A stretch of 64,000 bases of DNA from an uncultured Actinomycetota bacterium. Lineage in GTDB: Bacteria > Actinomycetota > Actinomycetes > Actinomycetales > Dermatophilaceae. Positions 51,784 to 61,833 of this stretch are shown piece by piece. Positions within the stretch are counted from its first letter, which is position 1. The number at the start of each line of letters is the position of its first letter. The notes under the pieces were generated by a model, which was given only the letters and a program-made list of their open reading frames with translations, was not told the DNA's origin and did not search any database. The DNA lies in the NCBI GenBank assembly GCA_963828725.1, contig CAWHFV010000010.1, forward strand, positions 2,142 through 66,141, in the 5' to 3' direction. The translations under genes and the position numbers were made by a program.

Positions 51784-54250
51784 ATGAGTGACGCATCCGA
51801 CCTCAACGGCCAGGTAGCCCTTCGGGCGCTCTTCCCGGGAGACGACGAGTCAGCGGCCCTGGCGCGGGCAACGGCGTGGGGACAGACGTCGTTGGGCGAC
51901 CCGGTCGACTGGAGCCCGGAGCTGTGCTCGGCGGTGAGGACCGTGATGCCGTCGCGGATCCCCATGCTGCTGTGGTGGGGCAAGGACCTCGTTCAGATCT
52001 ACAACGAGGCTTACCGTCCCTTTCTCGGGGTCCAAACATCCGAGCGCCATGGGGCAGCCGGCCGCCGAGTGCTGGGCTGAGGTATGGGATGACCTCGTGC
52101 CGAAGGTTGACCGGGTGTTGGAGGCCGGCGAGGCGACGTTCGACCAGGATCTGTTGCTCTTCATGGACCGGCACGGCTATCTCGAGGAGACGTACTGGAC
52201 GTTTTCCTACAGCCCAGTCCGGTCGGCGGATGGTGAGGTCGTTGGCGTGTTCGTGGCCACCACCGACGTCACCGTGGCACGGGTGGAGACCCGCCGCCTG
52301 GACACCATCCGTGACCTGGCCGTCCTGTCGAGCGCGAACTTCGCGTCACCCGGCGAGGCCGTGGCCAGGGTCTGCGACATCCTCGCCACCAACCGGTGGG
52401 CGGTCCCCTTCGCTGCCATCTACGTCGCCGACCCGTCGGGGCAGCTCGTCGTCCAGTGCGCGTATGGAGTCCCGGTCCCGACTGCGGCGCTGCCCGACAA
52501 GCTGACTGTACGGTCGTCGCATCCGGTGGCGAATGTGGTCCGGACCTTGGAGCCCACGCTGATGACATACCGGGCTGAGGAGCTGCGCGCCGACCCTGGC
52601 CCGCTGGGACCGCAGCCGCCCACCGCCGCATACCTGATGCCGCTCAGGGGAGCGGACCGCGACCACGACGTCGTTCTCGTGCTGGGGCTCAATCCCTATC
52701 GGCGGGTCGACGAGCGATACACGACCTTCGTCACGCTGGTCACCCGCCAGCTCACCGCGTTGCTCGCCGACGTGCGAGTGACCGCCGCCGAACGTGCCCG
52801 GGCGACGGCACTCGCCGAGCTGGACCGGGACAAGTCCGCGTTCTTCGCCAACGTCAGCCATGAGTTCCGCACCCCGATCACCGTCGCTCTCGCTGCCACC
52901 GGAGAGCTGCGCCGCTCTTCGCTGTCGGCGGAGCAGGCCGCGCACGTCGATGCGGTGAAACGTGCCGCCGACCGGCTCAACCGGCTGGTGGACACTCTCC
53001 TGGACTTCGCCCGGGCCGAGGCCGGCGCGCTCACTCCCGTCCTGGAGTCGGTCGATCTCGCCGAGACGACGCGGGACGTCGTCAGCATGTTCCGCAGTGC
53101 GATCGAGTCGGCTGGGCTCCGCCTCTCCGTCCACGTCGACGACTTCGGACCGGCGGTTTCGGACCGGGAGGCGTGGATCAAGGTCGTCGCCAACCTCGTC
53201 TCCAACGCGTACAAGTTCACGGAGCACGGGTCCATCGGGATCACGTTGCGGCGCGACGGCGATGTGGTCACGCTCACGGTTGCGGACACCGGAACGGGGA
53301 TCACCGCTGACCAGGCGGAACGCGTATTCGACCGGTTCCACTTGGTGACCGGCCAACCGGCGCGTGGAATCCCGGGGACGGGCATCGGACTCGCACTGGT
53401 CAAGGACCTGGTCGAGGCCCAGGGCGGTCGGGTCCGCCTGGAAAGCACTCCTGGTGTGGGCACCACGGTCACCGTGTCTCTACCGGTCGCGGAACCCTCC
53501 CGGCCCGAAGACCCGATCACCTGCGCCGACGTCGCCAAGACGATCGGCGGGTTGACCGCGCAGATCGATCTGCCTGCCGACGGGGTTGAGCCAGCGCCGG
53601 ACTCCGCCGAAGGCCTCGCTGCACACGTCCTCGTCGTGGAGGACAACGCGGACCTTCGCGGGTACCTGACCCGGCTGCTGATCTCGGATGGCTGGAGTGT
53701 GACGGCCGCGCCTGACGTCAGCAGCGCCCTGCGCGTCGAGCGGCTCCCGGACATCATCCTCTCCGACGTCATGCTTCCGGGCCGAAGCGGGCTGGACCTC
53801 GTGCGCCTCATCCGCTCGCAGGAGCTGTGGGCGCCGATCCCCGTGGTGCTGCTGACCGCGCGAAGCGGCGCAGCTGAGGCGGCCGAAGGCCTGTCCGCCG
53901 GCGCGGACGACTACGTGCGCAAGCCGTTCGAGCCGGTCGAGCTGTTGTCCCGGTTGCGAACCCACTATGAGCTCGCCCAAGAGCACGGACGCCGCTTGGT
54001 CAAGGCCCAACAGACGTCGACGCAGCTGCAGATGGCCCTGACGAGCAACCGTCAGATCGGGGTGGCCGTCGGAGTGCTGATGGCCCGCGAGAAGGTGACC
54101 AGCGAGCGCGCCTTCGACCTGCTGCGCCAGCGTAGCAACAACACCAACCGCAAGCTGCGCGACGTCGCCGAAGAGGTCGCCTTCACCGGGCAGCTGTCCC
54201 AGCCGCCGACCAACGATGCCTCCCAGGCATCCCCAGGATCGCTTCGGTAG
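51784..54250 (+). CDS. Cytoplasmic hybrid sensor: PAS/GAF - HisKA - HATPase - receiver - ANTAR (frameshift near 52030)
   Basis: W..T.LG....W..EL N-terminus, YWTFSYSP, H-box NVSHEFRTP, NAYKFT, DTGTGI, GTGIGL, REC (VEDN, SDVMLP, KPF), ANTAR SNRQIGVAVGVLM...AFDLLR..S..TNRKLRDVA. Confidence 0.92.
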
Positions 54251-54341
54251 GACGCGCGGGAAACCCGGTCCGGTCTCGCGCGGTCGGCAGAGCGGCCCCA
54301 CCGGGTCGTCCGCTCGGGTGGCCCTTCTGTGGCGCCTGGAG

Positions 54342-54668
54342 CTAGCTGGCAGCGGCAACCGGGGGAAGCGCCTCTACCGAGGACGAAGCCCCGCTGTCGC
54401 CGACCAGCAACGCCAGGAGCTGCTCGACCGTGGTCGACCGGATGCCGGGACCCGGCACCACCAGGTGGCTCTGGACCTCATAGCGGTTACGCCGTCCGTC
54501 CTTCTCCTTCACGACGTATCCCGCTCTCGCCAGGTCGTTGACGATGGTGAAGGCACTCCGCTCGGTGATACCCAGCGCGGCAGCCACGTCGATCAACCGC
54601 GCGTCAGAGTCGTGCGCGAGGTACAGCAGCACCTGAGCGTGGTTCGTCAGGAAGCTCCAGCGCGGCAT
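54342..54668 (-). CDS. Small winged-HTH regulator (W.FLTNHA family, MarR/AsnC-like)
   Basis: WSFLTNHAQVL, DVAAALGITERS, GY....KDGRRNRY. Confidence 0.85.
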   Translation of the reverse strand: MPRWSFLTNHAQVLLYLAHDSDARLIDVAAALGITERSAFTIVNDLARAGYVVKEKDGRRNRYEVQSHLVVPGPGIRSTTVEQLLALLVGDSGASSSVEALPPVAAAS

Positions 54669-54846
54669 ACGCCTAACCTACAGCATGATTCTAGAAAAAG
54701 ATTGCATGTTCCGACACGATTCCACTGAGGTCCAACCGCTGGAAGCCACCCACCTGATCCGCGAGCGCCCTCGACAGCGCTGACGGCGGGCGGCCTGCGG
54801 ATCTCAGGCCTGACAGCCGTGTCCGGGATTCCGGAAAGGGTTGAGA

Positions 54847-54874
54847 AGCAAGGGGGCTCGGGAAAGAGACTTCC
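54847..54874 (+). promoter_or_regulatory. Candidate ANTAR-binding dual hexaloop hairpins
   Basis: AGC-AAGGGG-GCT and GGAA-AGAGAC-TTCC, both loops with A1 and G4. Confidence 0.45.
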
Positions 54875-54976
54875 GGTTTCCAAGCCGCTGGATCAGGGCG
54901 GCGGCGGGTTATGTTACGCAGCGTGTCCGCTCATCCCGGCACCCGCCGGGACCCCAGACTTGTGGGAGGAGACAGC

Positions 54977-55276
54977 ATGACGACCCAGATTGCCCCGCTT
55001 GCTGGCCCCGGGGAGCGCATCGCCGGATCCCCAGCCGAGGCGGCGGCTATCGCCGCTGATGCGCTTGCACGGGTCGCCGAGCTGGGCGATGAGGTGAGCC
55101 AGTTGAAGGGTGCTCTGCAGAGCAACCGTCGCATCGGCATGGCGATGGGCCTGGTGATGGGACAGCTCGGGGTCGCCGATGACGAAGCCTTCGACGCTCT
55201 GCGCCAGATCAGCCAGAACACGAACCGGAAGCTGCGAGACGTCGCCGACGACATCATCGCCCAGCGTCGGGTCTAG
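54977..55276 (+). CDS. Stand-alone ANTAR-domain protein
   Basis: RBS GGAGGA; coiled coil then LQSNRRIGMAMGLVM...AFDALRQISQNTNRKLRDVA. Confidence 0.9.
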   Translation: MTTQIAPLAGPGERIAGSPAEAAAIAADALARVAELGDEVSQLKGALQSNRRIGMAMGLVMGQLGVADDEAFDALRQISQNTNRKLRDVADDIIAQRRV

Positions 55277-55627
55277 CCACCTGACCTAGGAGCGGCCGGC
55301 GGCGACAGACGTGCACAGAGCTGGTGCCCCGTGGAGCACCGGTCCCGCCAGCCCTGTTCTGGACTGGCGGGACCTCCAACACGTGAGGCTGCGCAACCTC
55401 GCGTGCCCGTGCCTGAGGTCTACCCCAACAGCAGGGCCACCAGTCCCACTTCCCCGAAGGGCCGCAGATCCTGGCCAGTGTGGGATCCCGCGACCTGCGC
55501 TCGTCGCCGAACAAGCAACCCCTTCGTGCACCGCGGGGCCACCGCCGCCGGGGCCATCCGTTGTCGCCGAGCGAGGCGTGCCGGCTGAGGGGTATTCGTC
55601 GGCTAGGTCGCGCGTAGGCTCGAACAG

Positions 55628-56074
55628 GTGGCTGTGGACGTGGAGACCTCGATCGACATCGACGCTGCCCGTGATCGGGTTGCGGCCTTCGCGTCTGACC
55701 CTGACAACGCTCCACGCTGGTACGTGAACATCAGTTCCGTCACCTGGGAGACGCCTCCGCCCGCCACGGTCGGGTCGCGCATCGCCTTCGTCGCACACTT
55801 CCTCGGACGGCGCATCGCCTACACCTACGAGGTCCGTGAAGTGGTGGCCGCCGAGCGACTGGTGATGAGCACGGCCGATGGCCCGTTCCCGATGACGACG
55901 ACCTACACCTGGGCCGACACCCCCCGAGGTGGTACCCGGATGACCCTGCGCAACCAGGGCGAGCCATCAGGATTCGGCCAGCTCGCTGCTCCGGTGATGG
56001 CCAGGGCCATGAGTCGTGCCAACCGCCAGGACCTCCAAGTGCTCAAGACCCTTCTCGAGAACACCACCCCCTAG
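55628..56074 (+). CDS. SRPBCC (polyketide cyclase/START-like) protein
   Basis: FASDPDNAPRWY, FLGRRIAYTYEV, GPFPM.TTY.W. Confidence 0.88.
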   Translation: MAVDVETSIDIDAARDRVAAFASDPDNAPRWYVNISSVTWETPPPATVGSRIAFVAHFLGRRIAYTYEVREVVAAERLVMSTADGPFPMTTTYTWADTPRGGTRMTLRNQGEPSGFGQLAAPVMARAMSRANRQDLQVLKTLLENTTP

Positions 56075-56306
56075 CTCCTACATCCACCCAGGGAAGGCGT
56101 GTACTCCCGGCGGTAGGCGATGGGCCGTGGCCCGGCAATCACGCTCGCTGAAGCTCATCACCATCACCGAGGCCCGCGACAGTCGCGAGATGACACCCCC
56201 CAACGCGGCGGAGTAGCGCAGGTCAGCTCAGGGACGACGTGGCTATTCGCTCCGGGACGGATCGTGCCTCGTATCACCGTTCTCATAGTGCTGCTCCTGC
56301 ACAACC

Positions 56307-57152
56307 ATGAGTGTCGTCCCTGCGGCCACCCGCACCGTCATGTCCGACCCCGCCCAGGTGGCCGCGACCGCCGAGGCGCTCGCCACTCAGGGGGCGGTGG
56401 TCGCCCACGCGTTCGCCAACTTCTACGTCATCACCACCCGTGGGGACGCCGAGACGGTACGGCGCGTGAACGTCATGAAGGGCCGTCCGCCCGGCCAGGT
56501 CGGCTCGATCACCGGTCCGCCGGCGTCCATTCCCGAGGTGTGGGACCTCGACCGGCTGCCCGAGCCGCTGTCCCGCCGGACCGCGCTGGCCCTGGTCGAC
56601 GCCTTCTACAGCCACGGTCCCTTCGGCTTCCGCGCACCCGCCGCGCCGAGCGTGCCGGCCCACCTCTGCGAGGCCGACGACGGCGTCCTGACCGCGCAGG
56701 TCATCGCGCCCGGCTACCGGTGCCCTTCCAACGCCTTTCTGGCAGCGGCCGAGCGAGCCTGCGGCGGTGACCTGCTCTACATCACCTCGGCCAACCGGTC
56801 GCGACATCTCACCGGCGCCGAGGACTCCCCCGCCCACTGGAAGGCCGAGGGGCTGCGCGCCGAGTTCGGCGGCGAGCCGGGGTTCGTGGTCGTCGAGCAC
56901 GCCGACGAGGCCGAGGCTCGCGCCGCATACCCGCAGTACCTGCCGATGTCGACGACCATCCTCGGTCTCCACCGCGTCGTCCATGTTCCCGGGGACCATC
57001 GGCCGCATTTGGTGCTGGAGCGGCACGGGTCGTTGGGCCTCGATGCGGTCCGCGATGTCCTGGCCGATTTCGGGTTCGGCCTCGTGCTGGGACCGCGCGC
57101 CCGTGCCCGCCTGATGCTGCGGGACTACACCGAGAGTCTGAGCGACCGATGA
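56307..57152 (+). CDS. YrdC/Sua5 (TsaC)-like domain protein, divergent paralog
   Basis: MKGRP (KxR), YITSANRS (TSANxS), STTI, RHGS. Confidence 0.65.
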   Translation: MSVVPAATRTVMSDPAQVAATAEALATQGAVVAHAFANFYVITTRGDAETVRRVNVMKGRPPGQVGSITGPPASIPEVWDLDRLPEPLSRRTALALVDAFYSHGPFGFRAPAAPSVPAHLCEADDGVLTAQVIAPGYRCPSNAFLAAAERACGGDLLYITSANRSRHLTGAEDSPAHWKAEGLRAEFGGEPGFVVVEHADEAEARAAYPQYLPMSTTILGLHRVVHVPGDHRPHLVLERHGSLGLDAVRDVLADFGFGLVLGPRARARLMLRDYTESLSDR

Positions 57153-57883
57153 CCGCCCGAATCGGGCTGTTGGTCCCCAGCTCCAACGTCACGATGGAGA
57201 TCGAGCTTCCGGCGCTGCTGCGGCGAGGCGTGGCTGGCCAAGAGGTTCCGAGCTTCCACTCGGCTCGTATGCGGATGACGGCGGTGACGCCGGAGGCGCT
57301 GGCCGCCATGGACGCTCAGGCCGAGCAGCGCGCCGGGGAGCTGGCCGACGCTCAGGTGGACGTCATCGCGTACGCCTGCCTCGTCGCGGTGATGGTCCAG
57401 GGTCGCGGCGCGCACCGGACCGCCGAGCAGCGACTGTCCGACGCAGCCGGCGGCATACCGGTGGTCTCCAGCGCCGGTGCGCTCGCCGCCGCCATCCATG
57501 CGCTCGGCGCCGAGCGGGTGGCTATGGTCACGCCGTATGCACCCGCGCTCACCGCCACGGTCGTCGACTACCTGGCTGCCGAGGACATCGAGGTGGTCGA
57601 CGCCATCAGCCTCGGGGTGACCGACAACTGCGCCGTCGGCCGGCTGGACCCGGCAAACCTCGTGGACATCGCCGGTCGCCTGGACCGGTCGCGCGCGCAA
57701 GCGGTCGTCGCCTCGGCCTGCGTACAGATGCCATCCCTCACTGCCATCACCGGCATAAACGGTCTGACCGGACTGCCCACGCTGTCGGCAGCCTCCGCCA
57801 CCGCGCGGTCCCTACGGCTGGCTCTTGAGCTCTCACCCATGGTCTTCGGCGACCCCGCAGGCGACACCGTCAGCGTGGTGTAG
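57149..57883 (+). CDS. Maleate cis-trans isomerase (MaiA/NicE-like)
   Basis: IGLLVPSSNVTMEIE, FHSARMRM, YACLVA and SACVQMP catalytic cysteines. Confidence 0.85.
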   Translation: MTARIGLLVPSSNVTMEIELPALLRRGVAGQEVPSFHSARMRMTAVTPEALAAMDAQAEQRAGELADAQVDVIAYACLVAVMVQGRGAHRTAEQRLSDAAGGIPVVSSAGALAAAIHALGAERVAMVTPYAPALTATVVDYLAAEDIEVVDAISLGVTDNCAVGRLDPANLVDIAGRLDRSRAQAVVASACVQMPSLTAITGINGLTGLPTLSAASATARSLRLALELSPMVFGDPAGDTVSVV

Positions 57884-58490
57884 ATCTGCTGGAGCGCTGA
57901 GCTGGTTCACCTCGCACGCTCGGGGCCACCTCCCGCACCATGACGCAGTTGCCCAGGCCCTTGGGCCGGTCGTAGCTGAAGCCCTCGCGCTCGTACATCG
58001 TGCGGGTGCCGTTGTAGAGGAACGACGAGTTCTTCTTCCGGACCCCGCCGGTGTCATGGGGGTAGCCCTCGACCACGCCGCCGCCGGCCTGGGCGATCAG
58101 GTCGACGGCTCCGCGCAGGGCGATCGCCGCCAGGCCCTGACCGCGATGGCCGCGCTCGACCAGGATGCAGGTGACCCGGTAGTCGGGCAGTCGCTCGGCT
58201 GTGGCGACGTACTCCTTGCGGTGATGGATGTTCGGCAGCTCCTCGGGCGATCCGTACTCCGCCCAGGCGACGGCCCGGTCGCCGTCGTAGACCAGCGCGG
58301 CGTGCGCGATCCCGTCGGCCACCAGACGCTGCTTGAGCGCCCGTCTCGTGGACCTCTCCTCCTTCTCCGCGCAGTCGGGATGGAACCAGATGCACCAGCA
58401 GTGGGCGAACATCCCCCCGTTCCGCTCGACGAGAGCGGCGAAGTCCTCGAATGTCTCCGGCGTGAGCGCCTTGATCACGAAGTCGGACAT
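57870..58490 (-). CDS. GNAT-family N-acetyltransferase
   Basis: CWCIWFH, RGQGLA acetyl-CoA motif, VEGYP, MYEREGF. Confidence 0.88.
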   Translation of the reverse strand: MSDFVIKALTPETFEDFAALVERNGGMFAHCWCIWFHPDCAEKEERSTRRALKQRLVADGIAHAALVYDGDRAVAWAEYGSPEELPNIHHRKEYVATAERLPDYRVTCILVERGHRGQGLAAIALRGAVDLIAQAGGGVVEGYPHDTGGVRKKNSSFLYNGTRTMYEREGFSYDRPKGLGNCVMVREVAPSVRGEPAQRSSRSTPR

Positions 58491-58692
58491 CCCGGCAACG
58501 TACCCGGGATTGTGGACGTTCGGCGTCTGGTCGCTCTCACGTCGCCAGGGCGGCGTACGGCGGCAGCTCGCCGCGGTCGCAGTGGTTCATGACTCCGGGT
58601 ATGGACCCAGGTCTATGGTCTCCGCTTTGCTGGGTGTCACCGTTGGAGAAGCGGCCGATCGGTCGCCGGCTGAGGCATCCGGACGGAGATCT

Positions 58693-58835
58693 CATGTCTC
58701 TCCTGCGCACACAGGTCGCGGCGGCCCGAGACGTCGCCACCCGCTGTGCGCAGCGCGACGCCGACCGGTCGGACCACATCGCGCCCGCGAGCGTGGCGCG
58801 CGACGTCGACCTGCTGCATCAAGCGGTCGGTGACC
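58693..58835 (+). pseudogene. Fragment of a TAP-like alpha/beta hydrolase
   Basis: RCAQR...DHI..ASVARDVDLLHQAVGD resembles the ARDxD.LR.A.G motif. Confidence 0.45.
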
Positions 58836-58970
58836 ACCGGCGGACAGGTTCGTGCGTGCGGTCGCCCACGGTCCGGGCGCCGGGCCGACCCCGCCTGGGC
58901 ACGCCGTGACTGGGAAGGCCGTGACTGGGAAGAGGGCCACGTGGGCCCCACCGAGGCAAGGAGGCAGATC

Positions 58971-59448
58971 GTGACCGAAGCACCAGCAGTGTCACCGCCC
59001 GGGCTGCGAAGAACGGCCCGTCGCGGGCTGGCCATCTACTTCGCCGCCGTCATCGTGTTATCCGGCGCACTCGAGGCGTACATCATCCTCAACCCGACCA
59101 CGATCGGGACGCTCATCCTCCCGCTGATGTGGACACCGGCCGTGGCCTCGGTCATCGCGCGCCTGGTCCTGCGGGAAGGCTTCTCCGACGTCTCCTTCCG
59201 CTTCGGTGGGCTCCGCACCGTGAAGTGGTACGCGTTCGGCCTGGCCATGCCGCTCGTCGTCGGTGTTGTCGCCTACGGCACGGCGTGGCTGACCGGCCTG
59301 GCCGACTTCCAGGGCGACGCGGCCACCGTGCTGCGGGGGGTGGCTTTCGCCGCCACCGTGGCGACGTTCGTGGGTCTTCTCGCCGGAACCGGGGAGGAAG
59401 TCGGGTGGCGCGGCTACATGCTGACGCGTCTCATCGACGCGGGAGTGG
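58971..59448 (+). pseudogene. CPBP (Abi/CAAX) intramembrane protease, 3'-truncated
   Basis: RBS AAGGAGG; TM helices; GEEVGWRGYML motif 1, then abrupt loss of the family pattern. Confidence 0.75.
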
Positions 59449-60083
59449 ATCAACTCGTTCTTCCACGACGGCATGGTGAGCATCAACCTTCTTCGCGAAC
59501 CGACGGATGCGAGTGACCCCGAGTGGTTCAGCCGCACCGAGGTCAGCCTCCGAGAGACGTTGCATCAGTTCATCGAGGTGCTGCGGCGGGAGTTCCCCGA
59601 GTTCCGGAACTCCTGGCTGGCGAAAACCGGCATCCAGACCGGTGTTCGCGAGACCCACCACATCGTTGGCGCATACAAGCTGGTCAAGGACGACATCGTC
59701 GATCCCAAGCCGTTCCCGGACACGGTGGCGAAGGGTGCACACGTCATCGACATCCACGAGGCGGACAGCATCGATCAGACGGAGTTCTTCCACCCAAGCG
59801 CGCGTACGCCATCCCGTTGCGCTGCTTGATCCTCGTCGGAAGCGTGAACCTGCTCACCGCGGGCCGAAGCCTCAGCGCGGACGGCCCCGGATTCGGCTCG
59901 GCCCGCGTCATGGCGACATGCATGGCGATGGGACAGGGCGCGGGGACCGCCGCCGCGCTCTGCGTTCGTCACGGCTGGTCGATCGGTGAGGTCGACACGA
60001 CGCTGCTACACACGACACTGCTCGACCAGGGCGCGATCGTCGAACTCGACGACCCAGCCGTCACTCTGACCAGTCACCATTGA
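59449..60083 (+). pseudogene. C-terminal fragment of an FAD-dependent oxidoreductase
   Basis: GVRET..I.G.Y.L..DD, IDIH, YAIPLRCLI, AGRSLS, RVMATCMAMGQGAGTAAAL; no N-terminal Rossmann motif. Confidence 0.8.
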
Positions 60084-60101
60084 CAAGGAACGCGCCCCCT
60101 C

Positions 60102-60428
60102 ATGCAGAAGACATACACCTCGGTTCTCGCACGTCGTGTACGCATCGACGGCGACTTCGCGACCCTGCCCTATGAGGCCGGCTGGGCGACCGAGGCGGTG
60201 TTCTTCGTCCAGACGGAGGGGGAGCACCCGAAACTGGAGATCGGCGTCGAGGTATCGCCCGACGGCATCAACTGGATCCGCCGGGGCCCGCCAGTCGACA
60301 TGGGCGTTGGCGAGACGATCGCGGAAGTCTCGGCCACGACGTTCGGCAACTGGTTGCGAGTCACGGTTCGCGGGTCCACGCCGGAAACGGACTCTCGCAT
60401 TCTCATCCACGTGAACCTCAAGGGCTGA
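60102..60428 (+). CDS. Hypothetical beta-rich protein
   Basis: RBS AAGGA; PYEAGWATEAVFF, SPDGINW, FGNWLR. Confidence 0.7.
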   Translation: MQKTYTSVLARRVRIDGDFATLPYEAGWATEAVFFVQTEGEHPKLEIGVEVSPDGINWIRRGPPVDMGVGETIAEVSATTFGNWLRVTVRGSTPETDSRILIHVNLKG

Positions 60429-61560
60429 CCCGGCCGTAGATCGCGTCAGCGACCTGCTGCCGGAATGCACCTTGGCCCTCGAGCGCGGTGTTGCTGAGGC
60501 TCACCACTGTGACGTTGGCCATCGGGTCGATGAACCAGCTGTTGCCCCAGACGCCGGCCCACCGAAGCGTGCCCGCATGCGACGGCCACCGAGCCCGCTC
60601 GGGGTCGATCAGGACGCCGGACAGAAAACCGAAACCCCAACCGGGGTCGTCCCGCTCACGGAGGGTGCCGACCTGGTTAGACGACGCCATCTCGACCGTG
60701 CTGGGCTGCAGGATCGGGGCGCCACCGCGACGAACCGCTTCCAAGAAGACCATGAAGTCCTCGGCCGTGCCGACCATGCCACCACCGCCCGACTGGAACG
60801 AGGTGTCGTCGAACGCCCGCGCCGGGGAGAAGGTCAGATCCTGCACCCGGAAGGGCTCAGTCATCCGGACGGCTCGTGGCGTGCCGTCGGCGTACGGGGT
60901 CGCCAGCCGCTCGGGCTCGTCGACGGTGAAGCGGGTGTCCCGCATCCCCAACGGGTCGGTGACGTACTCGGCGATCGCGTTCGCTAGTGACGCTCCCACG
61001 ATGGCTTCAATGACGGCGCCGAGGACATCGGTAGCCACCCCGTACCGCCAAGCCGATCCGGGTGCGAAGTACAGCGGCACGGAGGCGATGCGCTCCAGGT
61101 TCTCCTTCAGGGTCAACCCGGGCTGGTCAAGCCCGGTCGAGACCTGGGCGGCACGGTACGGGTCTCCCGGCAGCAGGGTGGGATATCCGAAGCCGGCGGT
61201 GTGGGTCAGCAGGTGCCGCACCTGGATGTCCGGCGCGGTGCCGTCGGTCAGGCGTGGCCTGAACCCTGGCAGGAACCGGTCGACGGGGTCATCGAGGCTC
61301 AGCGACCCGCCCTCCATCAGCGCCAACGCCGTCGCCGCCGTCAACGGTTTGGTCAACGAGGCAAGCCGGAACACCGTGTCGATCGACGTCGGCCTACCGG
61401 ACTCGCGGTCGGCGTAACCGGCCGCCCGCCTGTACACCGGTACACCATTCCTGGCCACCAGCACGACCGTCCCGACGATGCGGCCAGCGGCCACCGCCTC
61501 GTCAATGACGGCGTCGACTCGCCGCCAGTCAATACGTGAAGTCGGTATGGGACCCTCCAT
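60418..61560 (-). CDS. Serine hydrolase, beta-lactamase-like family VIII esterase
   Basis: FRLASLTK (SxxK), LLTHTAG, PGSAWRYG, WAG. Confidence 0.92.
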   Translation of the reverse strand: MEGPIPTSRIDWRRVDAVIDEAVAAGRIVGTVVLVARNGVPVYRRAAGYADRESGRPTSIDTVFRLASLTKPLTAATALALMEGGSLSLDDPVDRFLPGFRPRLTDGTAPDIQVRHLLTHTAGFGYPTLLPGDPYRAAQVSTGLDQPGLTLKENLERIASVPLYFAPGSAWRYGVATDVLGAVIEAIVGASLANAIAEYVTDPLGMRDTRFTVDEPERLATPYADGTPRAVRMTEPFRVQDLTFSPARAFDDTSFQSGGGGMVGTAEDFMVFLEAVRRGGAPILQPSTVEMASSNQVGTLRERDDPGWGFGFLSGVLIDPERARWPSHAGTLRWAGVWGNSWFIDPMANVTVVSLSNTALEGQGAFRQQVADAIYGRVSP

Positions 61561-61833
61561 CCTCGGGCGGGATGGTGGCTAACCAGGCACGGCCGGGATC
61601 TTCTCGTGAATCGCGCAGCGCGCTGGCACGAGCCAAGCCTTGAGCCACCCTTCCAGATCGCCTTGAACCTACCGGGGCCACTGCGAGAACGGATGGCTGA
61701 ACCACGCTGACTTAGCCCTGCGAGGAACCTGACCGCCGCCCCTCCGGCTCGCGGTGAAAGAAGGTAACGACCCGCGAGATTGGAGCGGTCGCCGTACCGT
61801 GACTGCGTGGCAGGGCCACCTCACGAAAGGAAC

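Noticed and set aside
60418-61560. Beta-lactam resistance gene
   Set aside because: No signal peptide, and the LLTHTAG/WxG pattern fits cytoplasmic family VIII esterases rather than AmpC.
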